Shown here piece after piece: positions 45,468-54,829 of a stretch of DNA of 64,000 nucleotides. This stretch comes from Spirochaetia bacterium (GTDB lineage: Bacteria; Spirochaetota; Spirochaetia; SZUA-6; Fen-1364). The stretch is from positions 7,332-71,331 of the forward strand of contig JBEKUJ010000017.1 in NCBI GenBank assembly GCA_049515135.1. Direction: 5' to 3'. A program made the translations under genes and the position numbers. The number at the start of each line of letters is the position of its first letter. Within the stretch, counting starts at the first letter, position 1. A model generated the notes under the pieces. That model made no database searches and was not told where the DNA came from. It was given only the letters and a program-made list of their open reading frames with translations.

Positions 45468-48317
45468 ATGAGCCTTTCTTACTGGTTTATTCCTCACACC
45501 CACTGGGACAGAGAATGGTACCTTTCCTTCCAGGACTTCCGGTTCAAGCTCGTGGCCAGCATCGATGCAATCATCGACACCCTCCAACGGCAACCGGACT
45601 TCAAGCATTTCATGCTCGACGGTCAGACAATCGTCCTGGAGGACTACCTCGAGCTGCGGCCCGAGCGCCGTCAGGAGCTGGAGGACCTGATCCAGGCAGG
45701 AAGAATCGCCGTGGGCCCCTGGTATGTGCAGCCCGACGATCTGCTCGTCACCGGCGAAGCCCTGGTCCGTAACCTTGAGCGGGGACTGCGGACGGCCCGT
45801 GCGTCCGGTGGGGTCATGTCAGTGGGATACCTTCCTGACAGCTTCGGTCATTGTTCGGGGCTGCCGTCCATCCTTCAGGGCTTCGGCATCGAGTCCGCCT
45901 CCCTCATGCGCGGGGCCGGCCCGGAGCTCGACAAGACGTTCTTCGGCTGGAGCGCCCGCAGCGGATCCCGTGTGCTTGTCGCCTACCTCATCGACAGCTA
46001 TGGCAACGGCGCCGACCTCGTGATGGAGCCGGAAGCGCTGCGGGAGGGACTTGCGGCGCTGTTGGAGCGTCAGCAGGGTGCGCTGCTCCCCGAAGTGCCG
46101 CTCCTTGTCATGAACGGCATGGACCACCGGTCCATAGCAGCGGACCTTCCGCGGACGCTCAAGGAATCCGGCCTCGGGGACCGTGCCCGCATCGGCCCCC
46201 TGGACCGCTACATCGAAGCCGGCAAGGGCATCTCCGGCATTCCGGAATGGAAAGGAGAGCTGCGGTCGTGCTGGAGGTTTCCCATCATAGTCGGCTGCAC
46301 ATCGTCGCGCCGGTGGATCAAGAAGGAAGACCAGGCGATCTCTTCCCTTCTGGAGCGGGAGGCAGAGCCTCTGTCCGCCCTGGCCTCGTGGCTCGGGGCG
46401 CAGTATCAGAGAGTAGCCATCGACCTGGCGTGGAAGCATCTCCTCCAGAACCAGCCCCACGATTCGATCTGCGGGTGCTCCATCGATGAAGTTCACGAGG
46501 ACATGAGATTCCGTTACGCGCAGGCCCGAGGCTTGGGGGAGAATGTTGCGGCTCAGGCAGCCGCTGCAATCGCAGCACAGGTCGATTCTTCCTTCGCCGG
46601 CAGCGGAGAAACAGTTGCCGTGGCGGTGAACCCCGGACCTTCCCGAAGCGCCGCCCTCCTGTCCTTCCCGGCGGAAAACCTGCCTGTCGACCCCGTCCTG
46701 GTTGACGCCGAAGGCCGGCGCCACCCCGTGCAACTCCTCTCTGAAGAGGGGGGAAGCGCCGTATTCTTCGACGAGCATTTCACCACCAGGCAGCTGAAGT
46801 TCGTCATGGGCATGGTCAAGGAAGGGAAGCTGCTGGAGTTCAGCGTTACGGACGCAAGAGCATCCTGGGAAAGTCAGTCCGTGCTCCGCATTGACCTGCA
46901 GCTGGTGGAGCGCGGCTATTCCCGGTTCGACTGGAATGCCTGGGTGCGCGAAACTTTGCCTCTCCTGGAAACACGCGGCCTCACCCACGTGCATGCCGTG
47001 GGCCTGCGCTCGGGAAGAAAGACGGCCCTCTTTGCCGCCGATCTCCCCTCCTTCGGCGCAAAGGCATTCGCCCTCGCGGGCGGCGGTGCCGCCGGGGGTC
47101 CGGCACTTCATGCAGGCCGACGTATCCTGGAGAATCAACGCTACCGGATCCGCCTTCTCAGGGACGGAAGCCTCGAAGTCCTGGACAGGAAGCTCGGTCT
47201 GCGCTTGAGCGGCGTCAACAGGATAGTGGACGACGGCGACCGTGGGGACGAGTACAACTACGACGCCATCCCCGGGGATCGGGCCATCAACGCGCCGTAC
47301 CTTCGTTTCCCCGCGATGCGCAGGATCCGCGCGGATGTCGTGGAATCAGGGCCGGTTCGGGCAACCCTTCGCATCCGGGCAGGGTATCGGCTCCCGGCAT
47401 CGATCGGAGGAGACCGCGCCTTACGGGCGCGCCCGAAAGTGAACGTCGAGGTGGTCCGCTTCGTGAGCCTCACCCAGTCGGGAGACCGGATCGAGTTCCG
47501 CACTGAAATAGAGAACCAGGCCCGGGACCACCGCATGCGCGTGCATTTCCCGTTTCCCGAGGAATCGAAAGAGAGCCTTGCGGGCGGAACGTTCGAAGCA
47601 GTCACACGGCCTGCGCGTCCGGTCCCGTTGCCGCATGGCTTGCAGAGGCCCATCTCCCCCGAGCTGGGCGAGGAGCAGCCCGCCTCAACGCATCCCTTCA
47701 CCGGTTTTGTCGCCTGCGCCGCGGGAGCTTTCACGGTGGGCTTGCTGGCGCGCGGCATCCGCGAATACGAAGTTCTCCCGGGGGGGCGCTGGATTGCGCT
47801 CACCCTGTTCCGCTCTGTCGGCTGGCTTTCGCGGGCCGACCTTGCGTCCCGCAAGGCCAACGCCGGCCCCGACATCCCGACCCCGAACGCCCAGGAGATC
47901 GGCAGGCAGGTGTTCGAGTACTCCCTGCTCCCGTCCGGCGGCGCTCCTGATGAGACGCTCCTGAGCCGGGAATGGGAGGACTACCGAGTGACTCCCCAGG
48001 TCCTGCTGCGCTTTGCCGGGCCGGGGCGCCTCCGAAACGGCGCAAGTCTCCTTGAGATTTCCGACCGGACGCTGATCTTCAGCTCCCTCAGGCGCACGCC
48101 AGGAGGGGCCTTTTCGGTCCGGCTCTTCGATACCGGAGGAACAGAGCGCACCGCCTCCATCAGGTTCGGCCTGCCGGTCACCTGGGCAAGGAAAACGAGG
48201 ATCGACGGGACGTCTATCCGTGAGCTTTCCGTCCAGAGTGAGGACACAGGCGCGGTGGCCGAGGTTCCTGTCGATCCATGGGAGATCATCACAGTGGAGT
48301 TCGGAGGAAACACATGA
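45468..48317 (+). CDS. Glycoside hydrolase family 38 alpha-mannosidase (MngB/mannosylglycerate-hydrolase-like)
   Basis: N-terminal YWFIPHTHWDREW (GH38 H.H.D..W signature), about 950 aa. ATG 45468 with GGGAGGG upstream. Confidence 0.8.
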   Translation: MSLSYWFIPHTHWDREWYLSFQDFRFKLVASIDAIIDTLQRQPDFKHFMLDGQTIVLEDYLELRPERRQELEDLIQAGRIAVGPWYVQPDDLLVTGEALVRNLERGLRTARASGGVMSVGYLPDSFGHCSGLPSILQGFGIESASLMRGAGPELDKTFFGWSARSGSRVLVAYLIDSYGNGADLVMEPEALREGLAALLERQQGALLPEVPLLVMNGMDHRSIAADLPRTLKESGLGDRARIGPLDRYIEAGKGISGIPEWKGELRSCWRFPIIVGCTSSRRWIKKEDQAISSLLEREAEPLSALASWLGAQYQRVAIDLAWKHLLQNQPHDSICGCSIDEVHEDMRFRYAQARGLGENVAAQAAAAIAAQVDSSFAGSGETVAVAVNPGPSRSAALLSFPAENLPVDPVLVDAEGRRHPVQLLSEEGGSAVFFDEHFTTRQLKFVMGMVKEGKLLEFSVTDARASWESQSVLRIDLQLVERGYSRFDWNAWVRETLPLLETRGLTHVHAVGLRSGRKTALFAADLPSFGAKAFALAGGGAAGGPALHAGRRILENQRYRIRLLRDGSLEVLDRKLGLRLSGVNRIVDDGDRGDEYNYDAIPGDRAINAPYLRFPAMRRIRADVVESGPVRATLRIRAGYRLPASIGGDRALRARPKVNVEVVRFVSLTQSGDRIEFRTEIENQARDHRMRVHFPFPEESKESLAGGTFEAVTRPARPVPLPHGLQRPISPELGEEQPASTHPFTGFVACAAGAFTVGLLARGIREYEVLPGGRWIALTLFRSVGWLSRADLASRKANAGPDIPTPNAQEIGRQVFEYSLLPSGGAPDETLLSREWEDYRVTPQVLLRFAGPGRLRNGASLLEISDRTLIFSSLRRTPGGAFSVRLFDTGGTERTASIRFGLPVTWARKTRIDGTSIRELSVQSEDTGAVAEVPVDPWEIITVEFGGNT

Positions 48318-49747
48318 GCGGAACACCGGAGAAACTGCCCACCTGGAAGCTCGGCATCTTCGCCCTTGGCCAGCTGGGATGGTCTCTTGCCTCCTACGGA
48401 GTGAGCAACCTTGTCATGTATTTCTACATGCCGCCGGAGACGGCCGCCGCCCAGCGGATTTTCCCCCCGTTCATCTTCGAGGGAGTTTTGATCGGAATAT
48501 TCACCATCATAGGGATCATCAACTTCGGCGCGCGGTTTTTCGACGCGGTGAGCAACCCGCTCCTTGCGTCGTGGTCCGACAGGTCCCGCGCAAAGATAGG
48601 GCGGCGCAGGTTTTTCCTTGCAGTAAGCTTCGCTCCTTTCGCTTTGTTTTCCGTTCTGGTGTTCCTCCCGCTCAGGCATTTCACGTCCAACCCCAGCCCG
48701 CACGCCAGCTTGTTGAACACTGCATGGCTTGCGGTGACGATCCTCCTTTTCTACTTCTTCTATGTGATGTACACGGCGCCCTACAACGCCCTGATCAGCG
48801 AGCTGGGCCACAATCCCAAGGAGCGCCTTTTCATCAGCACCGCCATCGGGATCACGTGGTCCCTCGGATTCGCGGTGGGGAATTTCGTCTACGACTTCCA
48901 GACAATGTTCGAGCACACGGGGATGAGCTCCACCAGGGCCTTCCAGACAGTGGAGGCGATTTTCGGCGTCCTTTCCCTCATCCTCATGGCGTTGCCGGTA
49001 ATCATCATCGATGAGAAGCGCTACGCGGCGTATTCGGTCTCCGACGAAGGCACTTTCCAGGCTCTTGGCTCCTCACTTCGCAACAAGAACTTCGCCCGGT
49101 TCCTGGTCTCGGAGCTCCTGTACAACATCTGCCAGACAGTCATCCAGATGGGGATCGTGTATTACGTGGTCACCCTCCTGCGCCTGGACAAGGAGATCAC
49201 TTCATTTCTCATGATGGTGATGTTCATCCTCTCGTTCATCTTCTACCCCGTGATCACAGCGTCTGCCGTGCGCTGGGAAAAGAAGAGGGTGATTCTGATC
49301 GGCTTCGGGCTTCTTGCCTTTCTCTTTGTGCTGTTCTCCTTCATGGGCGTTCTCCCCGTGTCCGGCCTGGTGTACGCCTATATCACGGTGGTCTTTGCCG
49401 CGCTGCCCATCGCCATCTTCACCATCGTTCCCAACGCCGTAGTGGCCGACATAGCCGAGGCTGACGGGATAGAGACGGGGAACTTCAAGGCAGGGATGTT
49501 CTTCGGCGTGCGCTCATTCGAAACGAACCTGGGGATCTCGATTGCGAATATCCTCTTCCCGTGGATGCTCACCCTGGGGATGTCCGTCGAACATCCCTTC
49601 GGCATCCGCATGAGCGCGGTCGTGTCGGTGGCGGTGTGCGTTGCCGGATTGCTCGTCTTCCTTCTCTACGATGAGAAAGCGGTGCTTCGCAGCCTGGCCA
49701 AGAAGGAGAAGCTTTCCGCGCGTGAGACGGAGGGGCTCAAAGCGTGA
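48314..49747 (+). CDS. Glycoside-pentoside-hexuronide (GPH)/MFS-type sugar:cation symporter
   Basis: 12 predicted TM helices. ATG 48314 overlaps the GH38 stop (ATGA). Confidence 0.75.
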   Translation: MSGTPEKLPTWKLGIFALGQLGWSLASYGVSNLVMYFYMPPETAAAQRIFPPFIFEGVLIGIFTIIGIINFGARFFDAVSNPLLASWSDRSRAKIGRRRFFLAVSFAPFALFSVLVFLPLRHFTSNPSPHASLLNTAWLAVTILLFYFFYVMYTAPYNALISELGHNPKERLFISTAIGITWSLGFAVGNFVYDFQTMFEHTGMSSTRAFQTVEAIFGVLSLILMALPVIIIDEKRYAAYSVSDEGTFQALGSSLRNKNFARFLVSELLYNICQTVIQMGIVYYVVTLLRLDKEITSFLMMVMFILSFIFYPVITASAVRWEKKRVILIGFGLLAFLFVLFSFMGVLPVSGLVYAYITVVFAALPIAIFTIVPNAVVADIAEADGIETGNFKAGMFFGVRSFETNLGISIANILFPWMLTLGMSVEHPFGIRMSAVVSVAVCVAGLLVFLLYDEKAVLRSLAKKEKLSARETEGLKA

Positions 49748-49754
49748 AGGAAAA

Positions 49755-49778
49755 GCCTCCGCCCGGGCGGGCGGAGGC
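49755..49778 (-). terminator. GC-rich hairpin (GCCTCCGCCCG..CGGGCGGAGGC) followed on the minus strand by TTTTCC; likely terminator of the minus-strand ABC transporter operon, possibly bidirectional
   Basis: 11-bp perfect arms at 49755-49778, in the gap between the convergent MFS stop (49747) and the solute-binding-protein stop (49797). Confidence 0.4.
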
Positions 49779-49796
49779 GTGATGAAGCACTTGGAC

Positions 49797-50795
49797 CTAG
49801 CGGATGCCTTTCTCGATGAGAGGCTTGATCTCGGCGATGTTCTGCGGAGTCACGGTTCCTACGCCCGTGTTCACGTGCAGGCCGGGGATCTTGTAGAGCT
49901 TCGTCCAAATAATATGCATGACGGGCACGTACCCCTGCAGATACAGGACCTGGTCAAAGCTCGCGCTCATCCAGCCCTGCTCGATGCCGGCAATGGTGGC
50001 GGGAGAGAGGTCGATGCCGCCGCAGATCACGTCACCGGGCTTCTTGCCCGAGGCCTGGAGCACCTTGGGAAGGTTGGCGGTGATGTTGCCGTGTTGTGTG
50101 CCAATGGCCTTCAAGTCAGGATGGCGCTGGATGTAGGCGGTCAGGATGGGGATTGCAAGGGAGGTGTCGCTGTCCACTTCGGTGGAGACGTCGAGCTTGT
50201 CCACCTTCAGCCCCGCCTTGACCAGGGCGTCATACACGCCCTGCGAGCTGCGGCTGCGTCCCTCCTGGTGCCAGATGTCATACACGAGTGCCTTGTCTCC
50301 AGCCTTCAAACCGGCCTTCACCATGGTCGTGCCCGTGAGGTAGCCGCCTTGGTAGAGATCCGCGCCTGCATAGCCGAAGCCCTTGTCCTGGTACTTGGCC
50401 TCGATGTTGGGGAGCGGGTTGTTGCCGCTGGTCACGATGATCCCCTGCGCCTCCGCCTGGTCGACCAGCGCTGCAAACGCCGCCTCGCCGGGGTGGCCCA
50501 TGATGGCGATGCCGTCGGGCTTCGCCGCCATTGCCTGCTTGAACTGGTCGATCATGGTCTGCGGATCCCACTTGGAGTACTGCTCGATCAGCTTCACGCC
50601 GTTGGCTGCAGCAGCCGCCCGCGCGCCGTTGGTGCGAGCCAGCGTCGACGCGTCACCCGCTGTTCCGCCCATCTGCATGTAGACGACAATCTGCTTGCCG
50701 CCGGTTTCCTTTGTTCCGCCTGTACAGGCTGCGAAAGTCAGAACTAAGCCCAGGACGACCAGAATGGTCAACGTCCTTCGTACTGAAATACTCAT
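49797..50795 (-). CDS. Sugar ABC transporter substrate-binding lipoprotein (periplasmic binding protein type I)
   Basis: Lipobox LTFAAC; type-I PBP fold. Confidence 0.75.
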   Translation of the reverse strand: MSISVRRTLTILVVLGLVLTFAACTGGTKETGGKQIVVYMQMGGTAGDASTLARTNGARAAAAANGVKLIEQYSKWDPQTMIDQFKQAMAAKPDGIAIMGHPGEAAFAALVDQAEAQGIIVTSGNNPLPNIEAKYQDKGFGYAGADLYQGGYLTGTTMVKAGLKAGDKALVYDIWHQEGRSRSSQGVYDALVKAGLKVDKLDVSTEVDSDTSLAIPILTAYIQRHPDLKAIGTQHGNITANLPKVLQASGKKPGDVICGGIDLSPATIAGIEQGWMSASFDQVLYLQGYVPVMHIIWTKLYKIPGLHVNTGVGTVTPQNIAEIKPLIEKGIR

Positions 50796-50851
50796 CGCAG
50801 ACTTCCTCCTGTTCTACACAGAAACTTTTTCCGCGCCGACGGCGCGGTTTA

Positions 50852-51880
50852 TCAACTTGTTCCTGGACGGTCGGGGACCGCCCACTTGCGCACGGCGCGC
50901 GAAAGCACCGAAACCCCTCCTTCACTGATGACGATGTTGAGGATGACGGATGCGGCCATGACGAGCCCTTCAACCAGCTGCACCCAGTATCCTCCCACCC
51001 CCGTGGCCACTACCCCGGCTTCCAGCGAGCCGATGATATAGGCGCCGAAGACGGTGCCGACAACCACCCCGTTGCCGCCCGCAATGGAGGTTCCGCCGAT
51101 GAACACGGCGGCCATGACGGGAAGCAGGAAACCCCCGCCTTGCGTGGGGTAGAAGACGTTTATCTCGGAGGTGAGAATGAGCCCCGCGAAGCCGGCAATG
51201 AGGCCCATCAATGTGAAGAGCGCCACCCGGGTGGACTCCACGTTGATCCCCATGACCCGTGCCACCTCGGCATTGTCGCCGATGAACATGATGGCTTCCC
51301 CGAATTTGTGCCGGTTGAGAATGAACCACATCACAACGGCAAGCCCGACTGCCCAGAGGGCCTGCGTGGGCATCACCCCGAAAAGCCGGCCGGTGAAGAT
51401 GGTATGCGCGAGGCTAGGAATCACTGCGGCAATATCGAGCTGCAAGCCACCGGCCAGCAGGATGGTGACGCCATACCAGAAGAACTGCGTGGCAAGGGTG
51501 GCCATAATAGAAGGGACCCGCACGCGCGCCACCAGCAATCCGTTGATGTAGCCCACCAGCCCGCCACCAGCCAACCCGGCCAGGAACCCGAACCAGGGCG
51601 GCAGGCCATGCTTGAACGACCACGCGAAAAGAAAGCCTGACAGCGCCACGATGGCCGGAAAGCTCAGGTCTATCTCCCCCGCCGTGATCACCAGAGTGAG
51701 ACCGAGGGCCAGGACGAGCTGGGGCGGCACTGTCTGGAAGAAAGACATGTAGATGCGGTACCCAAGGAAGACCTGGGGGGTGAGAATAATGAACACCAGG
51801 TAGAGTACGGCGAGGACCATAGCGATGGGCAGCCCTTCGATCTTTGCTACACCTGAGAAAAACGAGCTCCCCTTCTTCAT
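50852..51880 (-). CDS. Sugar ABC transporter permease (BPD_transp_2, RbsC-like)
   Basis: About 10 TM helices; RbsC/XylH-like conserved loop region. Confidence 0.8.
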   Translation of the reverse strand: MKKGSSFFSGVAKIEGLPIAMVLAVLYLVFIILTPQVFLGYRIYMSFFQTVPPQLVLALGLTLVITAGEIDLSFPAIVALSGFLFAWSFKHGLPPWFGFLAGLAGGGLVGYINGLLVARVRVPSIMATLATQFFWYGVTILLAGGLQLDIAAVIPSLAHTIFTGRLFGVMPTQALWAVGLAVVMWFILNRHKFGEAIMFIGDNAEVARVMGINVESTRVALFTLMGLIAGFAGLILTSEINVFYPTQGGGFLLPVMAAVFIGGTSIAGGNGVVVGTVFGAYIIGSLEAGVVATGVGGYWVQLVEGLVMAASVILNIVISEGGVSVLSRAVRKWAVPDRPGTS

Positions 51881-52680
51881 GACTTTTCCTTGTCCTTCAA
51901 TCCATGAGCGTACTCGAGGAGGAACTCGTCCAGCGCCTTCAGCGAAATATCCTTCTTGGCAATGCTGGCTACAACTTCCCCCCTGTCCATGATGATGAAC
52001 CGGTCGGAGATCTCGTACACGTCCTGGATGTCGTGGGAAATGTAGACGCTGGCCTTGCCAGCCTCCTTGATCTTGTGGACGAAGTTGAGGACTTTTCGTA
52101 CTTCCTTCAGGGAAAGTGCGACAGTGGGCTCGTCAAGGATGATGAGATCAGCCTCGAAATGCATTGCCCGGCCAATGGCCACCCCCTGCCTCTCCCCGCC
52201 GGAGAGCTTGCTTGCCCGGGAGTCCACCGTGATCCCCTTTCCTCGGAACCCGATGGTGGTCAGCATGATCTCCTGTGCAATCTCTTTCTCCCGCTTCACG
52301 TTGATGAACCCGAACGGGAGGGTGATTTCTCTTCCAATGAAGAAGTTGCGCCACAAGGCCTGTTTTTCGCCCAGTGACTTGTCCTGGTAGACAGTTTCGA
52401 TGCCGTGGGCGTGGGCGCTGAGGACCGAGTAGGCCCTCCAGTCGACCTTTCGGCCTGCAATGGAAAGCTCACCGCGGGTGGGGGGGAAGACGCCAGTGAG
52501 GATCTTTACAAGGGTAGATTTGCCTGCCCCGTTGTCGCCGATGAGCCCCACGATTTCGTTTTTTCCGACCTCGAGGTTGACGTTCTTTAAAGCACAGACG
52601 AGCCCGAAATACTTCTCAACTCCGACCATACTGAGAGCCAGGGGTTCTCCGGCACTTCCATGGGACGTTGAGGCGGCCAT
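51877..52680 (-). CDS. ABC transporter ATP-binding protein, single nucleotide-binding domain
   Basis: Walker A GDNGAGKST, signature LSGGERQGVAI, Walker B LIILDEPTVALS. Start ATG 52680 or 52629. The 270-aa N-terminal extension in the ORF track is rejected as non-ATPase-like. Confidence 0.7.
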   Translation of the reverse strand: MAASTSHGSAGEPLALSMVGVEKYFGLVCALKNVNLEVGKNEIVGLIGDNGAGKSTLVKILTGVFPPTRGELSIAGRKVDWRAYSVLSAHAHGIETVYQDKSLGEKQALWRNFFIGREITLPFGFINVKREKEIAQEIMLTTIGFRGKGITVDSRASKLSGGERQGVAIGRAMHFEADLIILDEPTVALSLKEVRKVLNFVHKIKEAGKASVYISHDIQDVYEISDRFIIMDRGEVVASIAKKDISLKALDEFLLEYAHGLKDKEKS

Positions 52681-52738
52681 CAAGGGGGCGCCAGTATCGC
52701 CGAAAACATCGGGCACGACAGAACCTCCTCTGGATGAT

Positions 52739-52883
52739 GGTACAGCTTGTACCTTTTTTGCTGTAGCCGCAGAGTAGCATGGTTCTGGACCGAAATCAAC
52801 AAAAAAATCGGCTGAAATTGGTACTATTTTATTGCATAACACTGGGAGAACAGATAAAATACAACTTGTACCAACAGGTAAAC
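52739..52883. promoter_or_regulatory. Divergent control region with GTAC-core inverted repeats (GGTACA-gct-TGTACC at 52739-52753; TTGTACC-aaca-GGTAAAC at 52866-52883); candidate AraR/GntR-type operators
   Basis: Repeats seen directly. They resemble the B. subtilis AraR box core (TTGTAC/GTACAA), from established knowledge. Lies between the ABC ATPase start and the GntR-PBP regulator start (52891). Confidence 0.3.
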
Positions 52884-52890
52884 AATATTC

Positions 52891-53994
52891 ATGAAGAAGC
52901 ACGAGCTGGTTGGGTCGTGGATCCGAAAGAACATCATTGAAAACAAGTTCGCTCCCGGAGAAAAGCTTCCTTCGGAAAGCGAGCTCTGCGCCCAGTTCGG
53001 CGTTTCGCGAAACGCGGTGCGCCAGGCGATCCGGGACCTCGCCCAGGAAGGGTGGGTGCAGACCGCTCGGGGGGTCGGGACTTTCTGCCGCTCCCGCGTT
53101 CCAGCAACCCAGCTGACCACGAACATCGCTTTCGTTGCCTTTTTTGCAAGCTCGTACATTTTTCCGGAAATCATCCGCGGATGCGACCATGTCCTGTATT
53201 CCCGGGGCTTCAACCTCATCCTCAACCAATCCGAGTACGACCTTGACAAAGAGAGAAGCATCCTCCTCTCCCTGAGAAAGAAGCGCGTGGACGGGATCAT
53301 CATAGCCCCGGTGTATGACGGGAAGGACCGCTCGAACGCTGGCCTGCTGGAAGAGATGCAGGCGGAGGGCACAGCCATCGTGTTGTGCGACAGTACGTTC
53401 CTGGACAGGAGGTTCAGCTTCGTAGCCCTGGATGACCTTGCAGGCGGCGCCGCTGCCGCGTCGCACCTCTGGGACCGCGGCCATCGGAAGATCGGAGTTT
53501 TCTTCCAGGACGACTACATGGTCAAGATCAGAAGGATGGAAGGCGTGTACGGCTTTCTTGAGCGGAAAACTTCATCCGTGCGCAATGACTGGATCGTCAG
53601 GTTCAGGGGCCAGGGGCCCGCAAGCGAGGCGCCTGCAGCGGCGGAGCGTTTCTTCCGCGCCGCCTCCGACCTTCCCACTGCTTTTGTCTGCTCCAGTGAC
53701 GAGGATGCGCTGCATCTCATCCAGGCAGCGGAAAAGTACAACGTGCGCGTTCCGCGGGACCTGTCGGTCGTCGGGTTCGACAATTCCAGCGTTGCCCAGC
53801 TGGAGCGCGTCTCCCTCTCCTCGGTGGATCATCCAGGGTTCTCCATGGGTGAGATCATGACCAACATCCTGCTGGAGAAGATATTTCACCCCGAGATACG
53901 ACTGGTCACGCGTACCCTCATCTCCCCGTCCATCATAGAGCGGTCTTCCGTGCGGAGTCTTGTGGACGGGACTGACCAGGCCATCAGCCCTTGA
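52891..53994 (+). CDS. GntR-family regulator with C-terminal periplasmic-binding-protein sugar-sensor domain (AraR-like architecture)
   Basis: N-terminal GntR wHTH (SESELCAQFGVSRNAVRQAIRDLAQEGWV) plus C-terminal LacI/GalR-type ligand domain (GIIIAPV...VVGFDNS). Confidence 0.8.
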   Translation: MKKHELVGSWIRKNIIENKFAPGEKLPSESELCAQFGVSRNAVRQAIRDLAQEGWVQTARGVGTFCRSRVPATQLTTNIAFVAFFASSYIFPEIIRGCDHVLYSRGFNLILNQSEYDLDKERSILLSLRKKRVDGIIIAPVYDGKDRSNAGLLEEMQAEGTAIVLCDSTFLDRRFSFVALDDLAGGAAAASHLWDRGHRKIGVFFQDDYMVKIRRMEGVYGFLERKTSSVRNDWIVRFRGQGPASEAPAAAERFFRAASDLPTAFVCSSDEDALHLIQAAEKYNVRVPRDLSVVGFDNSSVAQLERVSLSSVDHPGFSMGEIMTNILLEKIFHPEIRLVTRTLISPSIIERSSVRSLVDGTDQAISP

Positions 53995-54826
53995 CCGCGC
54001 CCGCGGTCAGCCCTTCCACAAGGCGCGTCTGGACAAATGAGAAAAGGATGATGGTCGGGACGATCGTGAGCACCGTTGCCGCCGCCACCTGTCCCCACCG
54101 CAGGATGAGAGCGCTCCCCAGTCTCTGGAGGGCAAGGGTGACGGTTGCGGTGGTCTGGCTCTGCGAAATGACGGACACCACAAGGTAGTCTCCCCAGGAC
54201 ACCACGAAGGCGTAGAAGGCGGCCACCGAGACACCAGGCGCCGCCATGGGCAGGACCACTCTGGCAAGCGTCTGCCACAGGTTGCACCCGTCGATACGGG
54301 CCGAGTCCTCGATGTCCTTCGGGAGGTTGTCGAAATAGCCCTTCAGCATCCAGGCGGCGAAAGGCAGCACCAGCATGAGCTGACCAAGGACAACGCCGGC
54401 GATGGTATTGAAGAGCCTCAAGGCAAAGAGGACTGTGTAGATCGGAATGAGAAGGAGCACAACGGGGAACATCTGGGTGGAGAAAACGCCCATGATGTAG
54501 GCGTTGCGGCCGCGAATGGGATATCGGCTTAAGCCGTAGGCGCCGAGGATGGACAGGGCCATGGACAGGACCGTCACGAACAGCGCAATGCGCAGCGAGT
54601 TCCAGAAGTACTTGGGGAAATCAGTGACGGAGAGCACCGTTGCATAGTTGGATAGAGTGAACTGCCCAGCCGGAGTCCCCACCTTGCCGCTGAAGATGGC
54701 GTCCGTGGACCGAAAGGAGCTGTAGGTCACCCAGAGCATGGGAGAGATGAAGAAGAACAGCGCCAGGAGGCAGATGAGATACGTCAGGATGATGCGTACG
54801 ATCCGTCTTTGCCGCTTTGTGGCCAT
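53984..54826 (-). CDS. Carbohydrate ABC transporter permease (CUT1, MalG-like)
   Basis: EAA-loop region DSARIDGCNLWQTLARVVLPMAAPG. Confidence 0.8.
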   Translation of the reverse strand: MATKRQRRIVRIILTYLICLLALFFFISPMLWVTYSSFRSTDAIFSGKVGTPAGQFTLSNYATVLSVTDFPKYFWNSLRIALFVTVLSMALSILGAYGLSRYPIRGRNAYIMGVFSTQMFPVVLLLIPIYTVLFALRLFNTIAGVVLGQLMLVLPFAAWMLKGYFDNLPKDIEDSARIDGCNLWQTLARVVLPMAAPGVSVAAFYAFVVSWGDYLVVSVISQSQTTATVTLALQRLGSALILRWGQVAAATVLTIVPTIILFSFVQTRLVEGLTAGAVKG

Positions 54827-54829
54827 GCG

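Noticed and set aside
45819-47138. 439-aa minus-strand ORF opposite the GH38 gene
   Set aside because: Antisense shadow ORF. No motifs.
52681-53484. N-terminal 270-aa extension of the ABC ATPase ORF 51877-53484 (possible second NBD)
   Set aside because: The translation has no Walker A/B or signature motifs and overlaps the divergent promoter region and the regulator gene. I therefore call a single-NBD ATPase starting at 52680 or 52629, while flagging this in the findings for a frameshift check.
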